Shown here piece after piece: positions 35,522-38,718 of a stretch of 38,718 nt of DNA. A program made the translations under genes and the position numbers. The notes under the pieces are model-generated. The model was not told the DNA's origin, searched no databases, and worked only from the letters and a program-made list of their open reading frames with translations. Source of the stretch: Candidatus Thorarchaeota archaeon (lineage in GTDB: Archaea > Asgardarchaeota > Thorarchaeia > Thorarchaeales > Thorarchaeaceae); assembly GCA_003345595.1 (NCBI GenBank), contig PRDI01000123.1, positions 1 through 38,718 of the forward strand, given 5' to 3'. Position 1 is the stretch's first letter; each line of letters opens with the position of its first letter.

Positions 35522-37831
35522 CTAGACGCCATGCTTCTTGGTGTCAGAGGTCTTCTTTGCCTCGTTCCACATGAGCTCGGCGAGAATCGTGAACATGTCC
35601 GCCACACCCTCGCCTGTCTTTGCACTGCTTTCCATGTAGACGAAACCTTGTGACTCGGCCCATTGCCTAGCCTCTTCGCTGCTGACCGCCCTGTCGGGCA
35701 AGTCTATCTTGTTGCCCACGCAGACCATGGGTACCCTGCCACCTACTGACTCATCGGACTCCTCAACCCACTTGACGAGCTCACTGAACGAACGCCGACG
35801 AGTGACATCGAACACCAGTATGACTCCTGCGGCTCCACTGTAGTACATCTTGCGTACTGCTTTGAAACGAGCTTGGCCTGCAACATCCCACGCCTGTATC
35901 TTGATGCCAGTAGCGTATTGAGACTCTGGTGGCGAGATGTGAGTGAGCTTGACTGCGAACTGCGATCCTATCGTGGTCTTGTAGTCCTTCTCGAATTGTC
36001 CAGTCGTAAATCTGTTGACTAGAGCCGTCTTGCCTACTGCACCCTCTCCTATCACCATGGTCTTGAACAGATAGCTGTACGAGTCAGAGGGTGTACCGGG
36101 CTTCAAGGGCTTGGGTTTTCGTGCACGAATCTCGGCTACAATGGTGCTCTCGGCCGACACAACTGCCCGTGCAGGGACTTCCACTGCAGCCTCCTCTTCC
36201 TCAGGAAGCTCGGCCAGTGCGGCAACATCCATACTAGTCACTTCGGTAGTTTCGCTGAAGAGCCTGTCAAGCAGTTTCTCTGCCTCACGCAATGAGGCCG
36301 CTGTGCTCTCTGTCATCTCTGGTTCTTCATCGACTGATGTGGTTGTTTCTTCTGCTGAAACCCTGCCAAAGCCAGTGCCAACAGTTTCTCCAAAAAGTGT
36401 GCCTGTATCCTCCTCAAGAGTCTCGGTTTCTTTCTGCGGGGTAAGCACAACAGGTGCCACGGCTGATGCTGCTGCCGTCACGGATCCCTTCTCGACCATC
36501 ACCGCGGTTTCGGGAGTGGTTACCTGCCGCACCCGGCCGTCCGAGTCTGTCCACATGAGTACTATGGGTCTGACAATTATCGAACCCTCGGCCTTTGGCA
36601 TTAGCTGAAGCTCAACAGTCTTTGTTTCAAAGGGTCCTAGATCGAAGCGTACCTGTTGCGGCGTGACATCCATGTCTGCCTTGGGAAACCAGTAGACCTT
36701 CCCACTAACACCACTGACGGATTTATCTGTCACGTTGGTCAGCGTGACACGGCCCCTCAACCCAGCACCGGTTTCTGCCTGAGGACTCACTTCAAACTTG
36801 GGTATAACAGTATACAAACCCTGGATGACCCTGAGTGGACCATTTGATATGCCGACGAGAACCTCCTTCCTTCCGTCGCCTCCTACGTCACCTGCACTGA
36901 TAGCGAGTATCTTGGTCCCAATTTCCACCTTTGCCACCTGTTGCAGCTCAGCTGCCTGGATACTGTAGAAGACAACATTAGCGTCGGATGTGGCGACCAC
37001 TGCCTCATCCATGTGATCGGCATTCAGCTCCTCAATCCTCAGAGAGAGAGCTTTGACCTTATCCAACATCGTGAATAGCTCGAGCCGACTCTCTTCGTTG
37101 CGGTATACCCTTATTGATCCGTCGTAGGTCACGACGCCTAGTTCCATCTTGCGGTCTCCGAGCAAATCACCGGAGGCGACAGAAACTACAGGGCTAGGTA
37201 GGTCGAGTACCTCCATCTGCTCAATTGTATGATCTTTGACTTTGAAGACTCTGACCGTCTTGTCTCTGTTGCCCGTGACGATTTCATCTATCTCATCACC
37301 ATCGACATCGCATGTCCCTATCGTTATGGGCATGTCATCGAGCCGATAGCGGGCATACTCTGACAGGTTGTTCAGAGTGTCCATCTCAAATACCCTGAGA
37401 GTTGAGTCGCTGCCGCCTACCATGATCTCATTCTTGTCGTCACCAGTTACATCGGTGACTCTGACAGTTGTCACGAATCGGTCGACAGGGTGTTCTGCCA
37501 ATAGCTCGAGACTGCCGCTGGATGAGAACCTGTAGACCTGTAGGGTACCAGCAATTCCCGCCACATCTCGAGGACCTATGCTCCGACCGACCACTATTTC
37601 GTTCTGTCCATCGTTGTTGGCGTCGGCGATCTCTATAGATAGAATGCTGCCTTCGATGTCAAGTTGAGCTAAGAACTGAATCTCGCTCTTGTTAGCATCA
37701 TAGACGCGTAGCACTCCGTCACGTCCACCTGTACAGAGCTCGGACTTTCCCGTGCCTACGACATCACCTACGGCGATTGCACTGGTGCTCTTGTCTTCCT
37801 TTATCTCGAAGAGAACTCTTGGTGAATCCAA
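35522..37831 (-). CDS. Multidomain protein: 7-blade FG-GAP-like beta-propeller, Ig/GAE-like beta-sandwich, acidic linker, Rab-like small GTPase
   Basis: Seven D-x-x-G-D-x-x-x-E-(I/L)-x-x-G-x-x-D-x-x-(L/V)RV-type repeats and a beta-sandwich (VTLTN...LGPFETKTVELQL.P..EG). The GTPase has G1 GEGAVGKT, G2 TTIG, G3 WDVAGQ, G4 NKID and G5 SAK. Confidence 0.88.
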   Translation of the reverse strand: MDSPRVLFEIKEDKSTSAIAVGDVVGTGKSELCTGGRDGVLRVYDANKSEIQFLAQLDIEGSILSIEIADANNDGQNEIVVGRSIGPRDVAGIAGTLQVYRFSSSGSLELLAEHPVDRFVTTVRVTDVTGDDKNEIMVGGSDSTLRVFEMDTLNNLSEYARYRLDDMPITIGTCDVDGDEIDEIVTGNRDKTVRVFKVKDHTIEQMEVLDLPSPVVSVASGDLLGDRKMELGVVTYDGSIRVYRNEESRLELFTMLDKVKALSLRIEELNADHMDEAVVATSDANVVFYSIQAAELQQVAKVEIGTKILAISAGDVGGDGRKEVLVGISNGPLRVIQGLYTVIPKFEVSPQAETGAGLRGRVTLTNVTDKSVSGVSGKVYWFPKADMDVTPQQVRFDLGPFETKTVELQLMPKAEGSIIVRPIVLMWTDSDGRVRQVTTPETAVMVEKGSVTAAASAVAPVVLTPQKETETLEEDTGTLFGETVGTGFGRVSAEETTTSVDEEPEMTESTAASLREAEKLLDRLFSETTEVTSMDVAALAELPEEEEAAVEVPARAVVSAESTIVAEIRARKPKPLKPGTPSDSYSYLFKTMVIGEGAVGKTALVNRFTTGQFEKDYKTTIGSQFAVKLTHISPPESQYATGIKIQAWDVAGQARFKAVRKMYYSGAAGVILVFDVTRRRSFSELVKWVEESDESVGGRVPMVCVGNKIDLPDRAVSSEEARQWAESQGFVYMESSAKTGEGVADMFTILAELMWNEAKKTSDTKKHGV

Positions 37832-38005
37832 CTTGTGCTACCTTCCGTGCTCTGTCAGTGACACTCCGCGGGTCTGGACTACTTTCAATGAGCTCAGAAG
37901 CAACCTGTGTCTAATGCTCCTTCGAGGTGAGGTGGCCTTTTCTACTTTGTGCGCTTTGAGTCCACTGGGGCGGAACGAGCCCAATCAGACACTATTTAAC
38001 GGCAT

Positions 38006-38718
38006 ATGCTGAAGCCCTGCTCGGCGACGAAGGTGCCCAAACTCTCAGTCCAGAACTTAGTCAAGTCCTACTTCAACGATAGCCTTGAGGAAACTAAGGT
38101 ACTAGACGGGATCTCCTTTGACGTCCATGAGAAAGAGTTTCTCAGTATTGTGGGTCCGTCAGGTTGCGGCAAGACCACTCTCCTGAAGATAATAGCTGGA
38201 CTCCTTGAGGCAGACAGTGGCCAGGTGATCATCGACGGGCATCCCGTAGGACCGGGACACCATCGCGTGGGTTTCATGTTCCAACAGGAGAGCCTGTTCC
38301 CTTGGAGGACTGTCAGGAAGAACATCGAGTTTGGCCTTGAGGTCAAGGGAGTGCCCACCGAAGAAAGGAGGAAGCTCTCCGACAGGATGATTGCGCTTGT
38401 CGGTATGAGGGGTCTGGAGGACAACCTACCGCATGAGATATCCGGCGGACAGGCAAGAAAGACTGAGATGGCTCGCAGCCTTGTGACCTCACCTGATGTC
38501 TTGGTTTCCGACGAGGGCTTCTCGAATCTTGATGCACAGACTAGGAATTACCTCCAAGAGGAGTTTCTTAGAATATGGCAGGAAACTGGGTCCACAGTCA
38601 TCTTCGTGTCACATAACGTCGATGAAGCTGTCTTCATGTCAGATAGGATAATCATGCTGAGTAATGCGCCTGCGCGAATAATAGAAGAGTATGTCATCGA
38701 CCTCCCAAGGCCCCGAGA
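38006..38718 (+). CDS. ABC transporter ATP-binding protein, NitT/TauT (SsuB/TauB-like); 3' end runs off the window
   Basis: Manual translation: Walker A GPSGCGKTT, FQQESLFPWRTV..NI.FGL, signature ISGGQ, Walker B LVSDEG, and VSHNVDEAVFMSDRI. Start is ATG 38006 or GTG 38033. Confidence 0.92.
   Translation, partial: MLKPCSATKVPKLSVQNLVKSYFNDSLEETKVLDGISFDVHEKEFLSIVGPSGCGKTTLLKIIAGLLEADSGQVIIDGHPVGPGHHRVGFMFQQESLFPWRTVRKNIEFGLEVKGVPTEERRKLSDRMIALVGMRGLEDNLPHEISGGQARKTEMARSLVTSPDVLVSDEGFSNLDAQTRNYLQEEFLRIWQETGSTVIFVSHNVDEAVFMSDRIIMLSNAPARIIEEYVIDLPRPR

Noticed and set aside
35522-37831. Calling the propeller-GTPase an integrin-like surface protein or a Roco protein
   Set aside because: It has no signal peptide or TM helix, so it is not a surface integrin, and it has no LRR or COR domain, so it is not Roco.
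655-38537. Many 60-190-aa antisense or alternate-frame ORFs in the track (e.g. 3468-3974, 5756-6244, 11045-11614, 30152-30607, 36111-36608, 38068-38424)
   Set aside because: They overlap well-supported genes, have no recognisable motifs, and look like shadow ORFs of moderately GC-rich coding DNA.

Overview
A gene-dense archaeal window. The gene content points to an Asgard archaeon, most likely Thorarchaeia: a single-domain gelsolin, a longin/roadblock protein, a Rab-like GTPase fusion and archaeal lipid enzymes. This taxonomy is inferred from gene families, not from a database search. Metabolic genes include a peptide ABC binding protein, a VAO/GlcD-type flavoprotein with an HdrD/GlpC-like Fe-S partner, a B12 acyl-CoA mutase with isobutyryl-CoA-mutase-type residues next to CobO and an iron-sulfur flavoprotein, a prenyl diphosphate synthase, a geranylgeranyl-reductase-family enzyme, IorAB and a NitT/TauT ABC ATPase cut by the window end. 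Main candidates for new biology: (1) a cytoplasmic 7-blade FG-GAP/BBS2-like propeller + Ig/GAE-like domain + acidic linker + Rab-like GTPase in one protein, resembling a coat/tether subunit fused to its GTPase; (2) a translationally coupled operon of four diverged wHTH/coiled-coil/PLD-fold (TrmB-like) paralogues; (3) a longin-roadblock fusion; (4) a gelsolin gene directly downstream of membrane-anchored Zn-ribbon genes; (5) a long bactofilin-like beta-helix; (6) a Hef-like helicase with degenerate motifs, converging on a tandem Whirly/PC4-like repeat protein. No rRNA, tRNA, CRISPR array or mobile element was recognised. One 56-aa gene (DUF1059-like) missing from the ORF track was found by reading the sequence.
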